A stretch of 33,490 nt of DNA from Chloroflexota bacterium (GCA_005881085.1 VBGU01000001.1:1-33490); one strand, 5' to 3'. Positions 26,209-33,490 are shown, counted from the stretch's first letter. Numbers and translations are program-made. Notes: generated by a model from the sequence alone, not told the origin.

Positions 26209-27045
26209 CTATTTCTTCTCCTTGAGCGAGCCGAAGAGCCGCTCCCAGCCGGGCCGGCGCACCGCGGGCCCTTCGATAAATAGACCGTGCGTCTGATAAC
26301 CGAGGCGCTCGTACACCGAGATGGCGGGCGCGTTGTCCTCGCGCACATTGAGAACGACGTCGCGGTGCTGCTCGAGTGCGGTCTCGGTGACCGCCGAGGT
26401 GCAGGATCGCGCCATGCCGCGGCCGCGATAGGCCAGGCGCGTGAGCACGTTGCCCACAGCCGCGATGCCCGACTTTGTCGAGCGGACGTGCGTGCCGGCG
26501 CCCGCGACGAGGATGTCGGCCTGGTAGACGCCGAAGTAGATCTCACGCCGCAGGCGCTCGGGGGTGAAGTAAGTGCGCGACGCGTGCCCGTAGAGGTCGA
26601 TGACCGCGTCGAGGTCGTCCGCACCGAGGCGCCGGACGTCCTGGTTGATGTGCGGCCGGAACCGATTGACGTGCACGTTCATCCGCCGCATGTGGTCGAC
26701 GCGCTCGAACCGATAGGTCATCTCGATCGCGCCGCGCGAGCGCGGCGGCGTCGCGAGGAGCACGCGTGGCTCGCGGATCGCCTCGCGGAAGATGGCCGCG
26801 AGCCCGTCGGACGCTCCGGTCGCGAAGCACGGACGGAACGGCAGTCCTTCGACGATCATCACGACCGCGGCGATGTCGCCATCGCGGCGAGCGATCCACC
26901 AGCGCGCACCCTCGATCTCAGGCTGGTCGATGTCCGCGAGGGCGTACGCCGCCATGAGGCGATCGCGCTCGAGGAACGCGCGCGCCTCGTCGGCGGACGC
27001 GCGAGCGTCGATCTTGATCTCGGGAAGCGACGGGGCCGCGGTCAT
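26209..27045 (-). CDS. GNAT-family acetyltransferase with extra N-terminal domain (278 aa)
   Basis: C-terminal acetyl-CoA motif VLTRLAYRGRGMARSC. ATG 27045 lies 4 nt downstream of AAGGGAGGA. First gene of the ahcY-metK operon. Confidence 0.78.
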   Translation of the reverse strand: MTAAPSLPEIKIDARASADEARAFLERDRLMAAYALADIDQPEIEGARWWIARRDGDIAAVVMIVEGLPFRPCFATGASDGLAAIFREAIREPRVLLATPPRSRGAIEMTYRFERVDHMRRMNVHVNRFRPHINQDVRRLGADDLDAVIDLYGHASRTYFTPERLRREIYFGVYQADILVAGAGTHVRSTKSGIAAVGNVLTRLAYRGRGMARSCTSAVTETALEQHRDVVLNVREDNAPAISVYERLGYQTHGLFIEGPAVRRPGWERLFGSLKEKK

Positions 27046-27145
27046 CGGTCCTCCCTTATATGGGACTGGGACCAAGCGGGCCTCCGCCGGTCGCTACGTG
27101 AACGCCAAGTGTACCGCTCTCGGTGCCTCGACCGCGCTCAGTCGG

Positions 27146-28306
27146 TCAACGCCAACCTGGGCGAGATGGGGTTGGCGTGGGTGTCGCGCTTCCGGTCGGC
27201 CGGGGCGTCGCCGTGGGGCTGGGAGTTGGCGTCGGCGTGCGCGACGAGGCGGAAGTCGGCGTGGGAGTCGGCGTGCTCGTGACCGCGGGCAACACCACGC
27301 GGAAGGGCTGCCACTCGTGGGTCACCGTGCTCAAGGCCACGCCGACGATGACGCTGCCGTCGTCGGAAACGCCGGTCGCCGCATACAGCAACCAGTTATC
27401 CAGGCCGATTACGCCGCGAGACTGCAGCTCCGTCTTGAGATCGCGCATGCCCGTCTTCGCCGTCCACCAGAACGCGTGATCTGACGCGCTGCTCCCGCTC
27501 GTGAGGGACCATCCAACGATGACGCTGCCGTCGCGGGACGCCTCGGCCGCGTGGCTCATCGGGCCGCCGAGCGTGCCCATGTCTCTCATGCCGATGGACG
27601 CCGTCCAACGGAATGCTCGCCAGAAACCAGTCTGGTCACGCGCCTCGCCGACCACGGTCGCGCCGTCGCCGGAAATGCCCCAGGCGATGCTCTCGGTCCC
27701 ACTGGTCACGCCCAGGTCCTTGATGCCCCCAGCGGGCGTCCAGCGGAACGCGTGCACGAACCGGTTCCCGCCCGCGGTCTCGGAGTAGCCCACGGCGATC
27801 TGGCCGTCGGCCGAGACATTGTTCGCGCGGGTCGATAGGCCCCCGAGCGACCCGAAGTCGTTCGTCGTGCCGGGCGCGCTCGATACCCACCGTTGGTAAT
27901 CGACGACCACGGTCCCGTCGGCGTTCACCGCAGAGCTGTCGTAGAGCGGGATCTGCTCGACGCCTGACCCTATCCATCGAACGGCGGTGAACTGTGACTG
28001 CCCAACCACGACGCTCCCATCGAACGATGCGTCGTTGGCGCGGGTCTGGCCGGGTCCGAGCTCGGGCAAGATCTCGTAGCCACCCTGCGCGGTCCAGCGG
28101 AAGGCCTTGTTGTCGGAAGAGTTCACCCAGGCGAATCCGACGACGACCGAGCCGTCGCCAGACACACCGTTCGCCTCGGTGTCTCCCGTTGAACCGGGCA
28201 ACTGACCGAGCGTCATGAAGCTCGCGCCCGCGGCCGACGCGGGAGACGGCGCCGAAAATGCCGCGACCGCGACGAGGCTCGCGAGCAGAGCAGCCCGGGC
28301 CCACAT
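27146..28306 (-). CDS. Secreted HAF-family extracellular repeat protein with Pro/Thr-rich tail
   Basis: Signal peptide ending SPASAAG. At least six repeats of the pattern A-x-G(V/I)S-x-DGS(V/I)VVG ... (H/R)AFRWT ... G(M/I)xDLG. Examples are NKAFRWTAQGG, HAFRWTPAGGIKDLG, RAFRWTASIGMRDMGTLGG and HAFWWTAKTGMRDL. Confidence 0.8.
   Translation of the reverse strand: MWARAALLASLVAVAAFSAPSPASAAGASFMTLGQLPGSTGDTEANGVSGDGSVVVGFAWVNSSDNKAFRWTAQGGYEILPELGPGQTRANDASFDGSVVVGQSQFTAVRWIGSGVEQIPLYDSSAVNADGTVVVDYQRWVSSAPGTTNDFGSLGGLSTRANNVSADGQIAVGYSETAGGNRFVHAFRWTPAGGIKDLGVTSGTESIAWGISGDGATVVGEARDQTGFWRAFRWTASIGMRDMGTLGGPMSHAAEASRDGSVIVGWSLTSGSSASDHAFWWTAKTGMRDLKTELQSRGVIGLDNWLLYAATGVSDDGSVIVGVALSTVTHEWQPFRVVLPAVTSTPTPTPTSASSRTPTPTPSPTATPRPTGSATPTPTPSRPGWR
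27149..27283 (-). repeat. Low-complexity (Thr-Pro)n-coding repeat, C-terminal tail of the HAF protein
   Basis: Encodes TSTPTPTPTSASSRTPTPTPSPTATPRPTGSATPTPTPSRPGWR. The DNA shows imperfect GGCGTC/GGCGTG-type repeats. Confidence 0.7.
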
Positions 28307-28340
28307 TCCGGGGGTTATACGGGTCGCTCGCGGACTTGGA

Positions 28341-28868
28341 TTAGTAGGAGATCAATGTCGCGATCTGGTAACCGGCGAGCTTGTCGCGTCCTTTGAGCGC
28401 GGCGAGTTCGATCAGGAACGCGAGGCCGACGATCTCGCCCTTGAGCTGCTTCACGAGCTCGATCGTGCCGGCCACTGTGCCACCCGTCGCGAGGAGGTCG
28501 TCGACGATCAGCACCCGCGCGCCCGGCTTGATCGCATCCTTGTGCATCTCGAGGGTCGCCGAGCCGTACTCGAGGTCGTACTCAACGCTCACTACGTCCC
28601 CCGGCAGCTTGCCGAGCTTGCGCACCGGGACGAAACCGACGCCGAGCTTGTAAGCGATGGGCGCGGCGAAGATGAACCCGCGCGACTCCATGCCCACAAC
28701 GACGTCGATCTTTTTCCCGCCGATCTTTGCGAGGAGGCCGTCGATCGCGGCCGCGAACGAGTCCCCATCCTTGAGGAGCGTGGTGATGTCCTTGAAGAGG
28801 ATCCCAGGCTTGGGAAAGTCGGGGACATCGCGTATCTTGCTGGCGAGGCGGTCGGTTTGTACCGGCAC
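28341..28868 (-). CDS. apt: Adenine phosphoribosyltransferase
   Basis: DFPKPGILFKDIT and the PRPP loop VLIVDDLLATGGT. GTG 28868 gives the usual ~175 aa. Confidence 0.93.
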   Translation of the reverse strand: MPVQTDRLASKIRDVPDFPKPGILFKDITTLLKDGDSFAAAIDGLLAKIGGKKIDVVVGMESRGFIFAAPIAYKLGVGFVPVRKLGKLPGDVVSVEYDLEYGSATLEMHKDAIKPGARVLIVDDLLATGGTVAGTIELVKQLKGEIVGLAFLIELAALKGRDKLAGYQIATLISY

Positions 28869-28910
28869 GACACAGAGAGTAGTCGAGGGGCGCGTACAAG
28901 TGCCCTGACG

Positions 28911-29384
28911 GTGGCTGAACACCTTTCTCGGCGGGCGTCATGGGCCGCTCTTGTGCTCGCGTTGATCGTGCCGCTTGCCGGATGCAACGGGCAGGTCCCC
29001 TCGCCCTTCGGCAGCGCATCACTCCCGCAAGAGTTTCCGTCGGACTTCCCCACTCCGCCGAGCTCCAAGCTCATCAGCGCGACGGGGCCGCTGCCTTTCG
29101 TGCCAGCGGAGATGCGCGGCATCACCGCGCAATGGACATCGACGTTGACACGTGCCGAGCTCGAGAGTTTCTACACCAAGCGCCATGCCGCGTGGGGCGT
29201 GGTCGGGAAGCCATTCACCCCGCCGGCAGCCGGTCCGATGACCCTGGGCACGATCTTCATTCTGTTGCACGACGGCGATGACATCACCGCGACGGTCGGC
29301 GTCGGCATGTCGAACATGATCGACAGCGGCACTCTCGTCCAGGCGACGATCCTCCCGGCGCGGCCCTCGCCCTCACCGCCCTAG
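28911..29384 (+). CDS. Hypothetical lipoprotein (157 aa)
   Basis: GTG start, then AALVLALIVPLAGC lipobox. The upstream part of track ORF 28215..29384 is antisense to apt and is rejected. Confidence 0.6.
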   Translation: MAEHLSRRASWAALVLALIVPLAGCNGQVPSPFGSASLPQEFPSDFPTPPSSKLISATGPLPFVPAEMRGITAQWTSTLTRAELESFYTKRHAAWGVVGKPFTPPAAGPMTLGTIFILLHDGDDITATVGVGMSNMIDSGTLVQATILPARPSPSPP

Positions 29385-29410
29385 ACACGCGGCTCTGCCA
29401 AACTGCCGCC

Positions 29411-30388
29411 GTGCGGTTCGATCTTCACACGCATTACTACCCACCGGCGTATTTCGAGCGCATCGAGCGAAGCGGCGGCGATTTCTCTTTCGGCACGAGC
29501 CCGACCGGCCAGCGGATCATCCGGTACAAAGGCGCGCGTTTCTTCGGCGTGACCGCGCCGATGACCGACGTCGCTAAACGCCTCGAGGACATGGACCGGG
29601 TCGGTATCGACACGGAGGTCCTCTCGCTCTCGACTCCGAATGTGTACTTCGTCGAGGGGAAGGCGCAAGCGGGGGTCGCGCGACTGGCCAACGACGCGTA
29701 CGCCGAGCTCGCGCAGAAACACCGCGGGAGATTCCTCGGGTTCGCGTCGATCCCGATGGACGATCCGGATTCGGCCCTCCGCGAGCTGGAGCGGGCCATG
29801 GACGAGCTCCACATGCAAGGCGTCGTGGTGCTCTCGAACATCCGCGGGCGCGCGCTCGCCGATCCTGTCTATCGGCCGTTCTTCGAGGAAGCCGACCGCA
29901 GGAAGGTCTGCGTGTTCGTCCACCCCATGATCCCGGCGGCGGCCGATGCGTTCACCGAGTACGTGCTTGGGCCGATCGTCGGCTTTCCGTTCGACACGAC
30001 GGTCGCGATCGCCAAGCTCTGCTACGCCGGCGTCTTCAAGCAGCTTCCGAATATCCGCTGGCTCGTCGGGCACGCGGGCGGCGCCGTTCCCTACCTCATG
30101 GAGCGGATGGACTCAGGCTGGCGCGACTTTGCTGAATGTCGCGTCAGCATCGATCAGCCGCCGTCCTTTTATCTGAAGCAGCTCTATTACGACACCGTCA
30201 CGTTCAGCCCGCACAACTTGCGCATGCTGCGCGATATCGTGGGCGCCGACCACATGGCCATGGGCAGCGACTATCCCCACCTGCTCGGATCGATCGAAAA
30301 AGCGGTGAGCTCGATCGAGGGAATGGACTTCTCCGCGGCGGAGAAGGAGCGGATCTTCGGGGGAACCGCTCTGTCATTGATAAGCTGA
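29411..30388 (+). CDS. Amidohydrolase-2 family protein (ACMSD-like metal-dependent decarboxylase/hydrolase)
   Basis: N-terminal FDLHTHYYP HxH motif, VFVHP, GHAGG, and a distal MGSDYPH metal ligand pattern. Confidence 0.85.
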   Translation: MRFDLHTHYYPPAYFERIERSGGDFSFGTSPTGQRIIRYKGARFFGVTAPMTDVAKRLEDMDRVGIDTEVLSLSTPNVYFVEGKAQAGVARLANDAYAELAQKHRGRFLGFASIPMDDPDSALRELERAMDELHMQGVVVLSNIRGRALADPVYRPFFEEADRRKVCVFVHPMIPAAADAFTEYVLGPIVGFPFDTTVAIAKLCYAGVFKQLPNIRWLVGHAGGAVPYLMERMDSGWRDFAECRVSIDQPPSFYLKQLYYDTVTFSPHNLRMLRDIVGADHMAMGSDYPHLLGSIEKAVSSIEGMDFSAAEKERIFGGTALSLIS

Positions 30389-30527
30389 GCACGCCTAACA
30401 GTGGGCTCCTCATGGCACGTTCGAGGCCGACCACATAAACCTCCGCGCGCTTGACCCTCGACGACGTGCCGAATCTCCGACCGTCCTCGTTGCGGACGAT
30501 GACTCGGGGCTGCGGGCGACCGCGCGG

Positions 30528-32324
30528 GTGGCGCTGTCGGCTCAGGGCTGGAACGTCCTCGAAGCCGCGAGCCCGGAAGAGTGCCTCGCAGTGGCCAAGG
30601 CACGTCGCCCCGAGGTACTGCTGCTCGACGTGAACTTCGAAGGACACGACCGCGATGGGTTTGCGGTGTGCCGGGAGTTAAAGGCGGCGCGCGGCACGAG
30701 ATCCATCCGAGTGGTCTTGTTCACAGCGAGCGACGATCCCGAGAACCGCGCCTTCGCGAGCGCCGTCGGGGCAACCGCATTCATCGTCAAGCCATTCGGC
30801 GCGGCCGACCTGGTCCGTCTGTTGCGCGTTGTTCGTGAGCAGGCCACCGGCGAGCCCGGGGTCGGGCTCCGGCTGGTCGAGGCCGGCGTCATCACGCCTT
30901 CGCAGCTGGAAGATGCGATGACCGAGCAGCGCCTCCGGCGGACCGAGAAAACACCGCTCGGGAACATCCTCGTTCAGCTCGGGTTCGCGACGAACGACGA
31001 TGTTCAGCGTGCGCTGGCCCGCGAGCGACGGTCAGCCTTTCAGAGGGATACGACCCCACGTTCGCGGGTGCGGCTTCGTGTCGTGATCGCCGATGACAAC
31101 GCCAGCGTCCGCGAAGGACTCCGCGAGGTCATCTCAGCGGAGGACGACTTCGTTTTGGTCGGGGTCGCGGCCGACGGCGCCGAGGCGCTGCGACTGATCA
31201 CCGAACACCGGCCCGACCTGGCGGTCCTCGACAACGACATGCCGCGACGAACCGGTCTCGACGTGTTGCGCACCGTGCACGACACCCTGCCGCAGGTCGC
31301 CGTGCTGATGTTCACGCTCGATGATTCGATTCGCGAGGCCGCGATGGCGGCCGGGGCGGTGGCCGTGCTGCCAAAGGACACGCCCATCGACGCTCTGCTT
31401 GCTGAGATCCGGCGCCATGCTGCGTCGGCGCCGAAGGTGAAGCTGCCGAGGACTGTCGTGCTGACGCGGCGCGGCGTGGATCAGGCCTGGCGGACTTTGC
31501 CACAGCGCCGGCGCGCGATCGCGGCGGTGGCCGTCCTTCTCGTCATCTACGCGGGCAGTTTCCTGCTGACCGAACCCACACTCGGAGCGTCAGCCAGTGT
31601 GCTGGCAATCCCGGTCGTGGCGCTCTGCGGCGCTCTGTTTGGGCTAGAGAGCGGCGTCGGCTTGGCGCTCCTTTCGTCGATCGTGACGGCGGTGCTCTGG
31701 CAGACCACCGGCCACCAGATCGGTGAACCGATCCTGCGCATCGGTGGCAACGGCCTGGGCATCGTCGCCCTCGTGGGCGTCGGGGCTGGATTTGGCGCGA
31801 TGCGCTTGGTGCGGGGAAGGCTCGACTCGCGCGCTCGGCGCGTCGGCGCGTTCGCCGAAACCGCGCTCGCGCTGACCGCGGGATTGGATCCGAGCACGCT
31901 GGGAATGCTCGCGGAAGCGGTTTTGGAGCTGGTCCCCGGCGATGCGGCCCTCATTTACGTCCCAGTTCCCGGTGGCGGGCTGGAGCTCGTCGCGGCGGCA
32001 GGCGTCGACAAGAAAGCTCTCGGCCAGCGCCGGACGGCCGGTGCGATCGCGAAAGCGTTCCGGGAAGCCCAGCCCACTGCGCTGACCGCTCTTGATGGGA
32101 CGGCGATTGACGCACTCGCGAATGCGCGGGCGGGTGTGGCCGTTCCGCTGAGCCGTCCTGGAGAGCCACCGCGCGGGGTCCTTGCGATCTTCGCCAATCG
32201 ACCCGGGCCCTACCAACCGGAACAGATCCAGACCGTGACGAGCTACGCATCATTTCTCGCGGCGTTACTGGGCGCCCCTCCCGCGGCGACCGCGGTCGGT
32301 GAGGGGATACCGGCTCGCTCGTAA
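30528..32324 (+). CDS. Multi-domain signalling protein: REC / T2SSE_N(MshEN)-like / REC / 4 TM / GAF-like
   Basis: Receiver 1: LLLDVNF, FTASDD, IVKPF. Its beta-1 VLVADDD lies in-frame upstream of the first canonical start (GTG 30528). GspE-N-like tandem repeats span 30858-31025. Receiver 2: VVIADDN, LAVLDNDMP, MFTLDD, LPKD. Four hydrophobic helices follow, then a C-terminal ~170-aa GAF-like region. The 5' boundary is unresolved (see findings). Confidence 0.8.
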   Translation: MALSAQGWNVLEAASPEECLAVAKARRPEVLLLDVNFEGHDRDGFAVCRELKAARGTRSIRVVLFTASDDPENRAFASAVGATAFIVKPFGAADLVRLLRVVREQATGEPGVGLRLVEAGVITPSQLEDAMTEQRLRRTEKTPLGNILVQLGFATNDDVQRALARERRSAFQRDTTPRSRVRLRVVIADDNASVREGLREVISAEDDFVLVGVAADGAEALRLITEHRPDLAVLDNDMPRRTGLDVLRTVHDTLPQVAVLMFTLDDSIREAAMAAGAVAVLPKDTPIDALLAEIRRHAASAPKVKLPRTVVLTRRGVDQAWRTLPQRRRAIAAVAVLLVIYAGSFLLTEPTLGASASVLAIPVVALCGALFGLESGVGLALLSSIVTAVLWQTTGHQIGEPILRIGGNGLGIVALVGVGAGFGAMRLVRGRLDSRARRVGAFAETALALTAGLDPSTLGMLAEAVLELVPGDAALIYVPVPGGGLELVAAAGVDKKALGQRRTAGAIAKAFREAQPTALTALDGTAIDALANARAGVAVPLSRPGEPPRGVLAIFANRPGPYQPEQIQTVTSYASFLAALLGAPPAATAVGEGIPARS

Positions 32325-32984
32325 CCGCGTCTCCGTCAGTCGCGCCTGCACGTAGTCCTTCCATGCTGGCGGCAGCACCGGTGCTGACCACGCCGGGTCC
32401 GGCCTCCAATCGGGCCAGGGTTGATCGAAAGGAGGCTCACGGCGGCGGAGCCGCTGTATCACGCGCTCGCCCTCGACACGGAAGGTGGCGGCTTCGTCCG
32501 ACCTGTGTCGCCCGGTTTCGACCGCCCAGGCCAGCTCGTCCTCATCTTTCCACTGCCATGAGGAAAGGTCCGGCGCGATCACGATGTCGAGCAAGTTGTC
32601 GCGCGAATCGAACCCGATCGCGGTGCGGTGCCACGGCTCCTCGAGGTTGACGTACCAACCTCGAAAGTCGTGGTCGATCGCCCCCCAGTAGAGCCAGACC
32701 GAATGAGCATCGCCCGGTCGGTACACCGCGAGTGCCTCGTTCTCGACCCATTCGCGCAGCTCGTGCCCGCCGTCCGGCTTGACGAGCATGCGGCCTCGCG
32801 GCCCTCCGCCACGAATGCCAGTTCGACGCATCGTTGGCCATCCCGGCTTGATGAACAGCGTGATGAGGTCTGGTTTGTCGGTCACGACCGTGAAGGCGAG
32901 GACCGCGTGCACCTCGCGAAGCCGCCGCGAGACGCTGCGCCACACGATGCCTTCGCCTCGGCTGAAGCTTGCCACCGCGCGCAC
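32265..32984 (-). CDS. DUF402 (FomD-like nucleotide phosphatase fold) domain protein
   Basis: GWYVNLEEPW...DNLLDIVIAPDLSSWQWKDEDELAWAVETG matches the DUF402 core (Y-x-N ... D-L-x-L-D ... DEDE). GTG start. The 3' end overlaps the convergent signalling gene by 60 nt. Confidence 0.75.
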   Translation of the reverse strand: MRAVASFSRGEGIVWRSVSRRLREVHAVLAFTVVTDKPDLITLFIKPGWPTMRRTGIRGGGPRGRMLVKPDGGHELREWVENEALAVYRPGDAHSVWLYWGAIDHDFRGWYVNLEEPWHRTAIGFDSRDNLLDIVIAPDLSSWQWKDEDELAWAVETGRHRSDEAATFRVEGERVIQRLRRREPPFDQPWPDWRPDPAWSAPVLPPAWKDYVQARLTETRLRASRYPLTDRGRRGRGAQ

Positions 32985-33338
32985 GTTACTGGACTCCGCG
33001 TCTGCCTCAGATCGGCTCCCCCATGACCGATTCAGCCCCGGCCGCGCGTCATTGAGGTGTGATCGGTGGGTGATCGGGCCTCCGTGGCCGACCTCCTTCG
33101 ACGGCCTTGCCGACGAAGAGTCGGGCCGTTGAGGTCAAGCGGCGCGGAGTACTAGGACCCAGGCCCACACAGGACGCCAGCGGGGGGTGTGCCCGTTGCG
33201 TCCAAAGATGTGCGCGCAGTAGCCCCAACCGAACTGACATTCGGGGATACAGCGCATTGCCCCGGTCCCCGTCAGTAGCGTTGCGACGGGGTCGTCACTT
33301 ATCACACTTGTAGGCAGGGTAAGAACTACCTACCAGGC

Positions 33339-33490
33339 GTGGGCGTGCCCGAGGGGAAGTCCGGCGATCGAGCTCCAGGCCACGGCGGCCGAGCGTCCTT
33401 CACTTTGTACGTGCTCCTCGGCCCGTCGCTCGCCGTGGGCCTCGTCCTCGCCGGATTTAGCCTGACCCGAGACTCCGGGATCCTTCGGGT
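33339..33490 (+). CDS. Possible 5' end of a membrane protein gene running off the window
   Basis: From GTG 33339 the frame is open to the window edge and encodes a TM-like FTLYVLLGPSLAVGLVLAGFSL. A reverse-strand frame is also open over most of the same stretch, so the strand cannot be decided. Confidence 0.25.
   Translation, partial: MGVPEGKSGDRAPGHGGRASFTLYVLLGPSLAVGLVLAGFSLTRDSGILR

Noticed and set aside
27046-27145. SAH or SAM riboswitch upstream of the GNAT-ahcY-metK operon
   Set aside because: The location is right, but I could not align the sequence to the SAH or SAM-I/II/IV consensus cores from memory. It is therefore not called as a feature. A covariance-model search is needed.
27149-27290. 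Short imperfect DNA repeats (GGCGTCGGCGTG-like) that could suggest a CRISPR array or VNTR
   Set aside because: The repeats are irregular and lack unique spacers of constant length. They lie in frame inside the HAF gene, where they encode a Thr-Pro low-complexity tail.
30858-31025. The MshEN-like module as a c-di-GMP receptor
   Set aside because: The hydrophobic/Gly/Gln spacing of the 24-residue motif is present twice. However, the leading Arg of RLGxx, important for c-di-GMP contact in MshE, is replaced in both repeats, and the inter-repeat spacer is longer. Ligand binding cannot be asserted.
32985-33338. A tRNA, tmRNA or other standard RNA gene in the long intergenic region
   Set aside because: There is no GGTTCGAAT-type T-loop, no GTAGCTCA/TAGC D-loop pattern, and no cloverleaf-compatible spacing on either strand. 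No rRNA-like sequence was seen anywhere in the window.
1-33490. Mobile elements, prophage, defence islands (RM, CRISPR-Cas, TA, retron, Abi) or biosynthetic gene clusters
   Set aside because: I recognised no transposase, integrase, recombinase, reverse transcriptase, nuclease/helicase defence domain, terminal inverted repeats, or PKS/NRPS/RiPP genes. Apart from 18.95-19.46 kb, composition looks uniform, and genes are housekeeping or transport.

Overview
Very GC-rich bacterial chromosomal segment, judged by eye at about two-thirds to 70% G+C. Dense GTGA/ATGA/TGATG junctions and mostly GTG/TTG starts suggest an Actinomycetota/Chloroflexota-like soil lineage. The many Arg/Ala/Pro-rich ORFs in the six-frame track are antisense or out-of-frame shadows of the real genes. 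I support about 37 protein genes and one riboswitch, mostly housekeeping or transport.

Gene order:
- A btuFCD-like importer behind a cobalamin riboswitch.
- A mini SWIM zinc-finger protein, an MFS transporter and a NUDIX hydrolase.
- A hexose-phosphate block: PGI/PMI, PMM/PGM, and an NAD-dependent epimerase/reductase.
- An EamA transporter, an unknown two-domain lipoprotein, and a solitary BCS1-like AAA+ ATPase.
- An MBL hydrolase, FAD oxidase and ComB phosphatase operon.
- A tightly overlapped GNAT, methyltransferase, msrB, G1 (eqolisin) peptidase, proC and small membrane protein chain.
- A divergent pair of orphan proteins.
- A peptide-type ABC importer (SBP plus two permeases, no ATPases).
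- A GNAT-ahcY-metK SAM-cycle operon.
- A HAF-repeat secreted protein, apt, a lipoprotein and an ACMSD-type amidohydrolase.
- A large REC / MshEN-like / REC / 4TM / GAF signalling protein and a DUF402 protein.

I found no rRNA, tRNA, CRISPR array, transposase, integrase, reverse transcriptase or recognisable defence or toxin module. I do not see a clear-cut novel multi-gene system.

Best candidates for follow-up:
- The output-less multi-domain receiver protein, whose 5' end has no canonical start and looks frameshifted.
- The BCS1-like AAA+ ATPase with an unassigned N-terminal domain.
- The MBL-FAD-ComB operon, where both internal junctions are CTGA and only CTG starts give sensible N-termini.
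- The lower-GC divergent orphan pair with a cluster of palindromes between the two genes.
- A bacterial eqolisin embedded in a housekeeping operon.

All domain calls come from motif recognition by eye. No database search was run.
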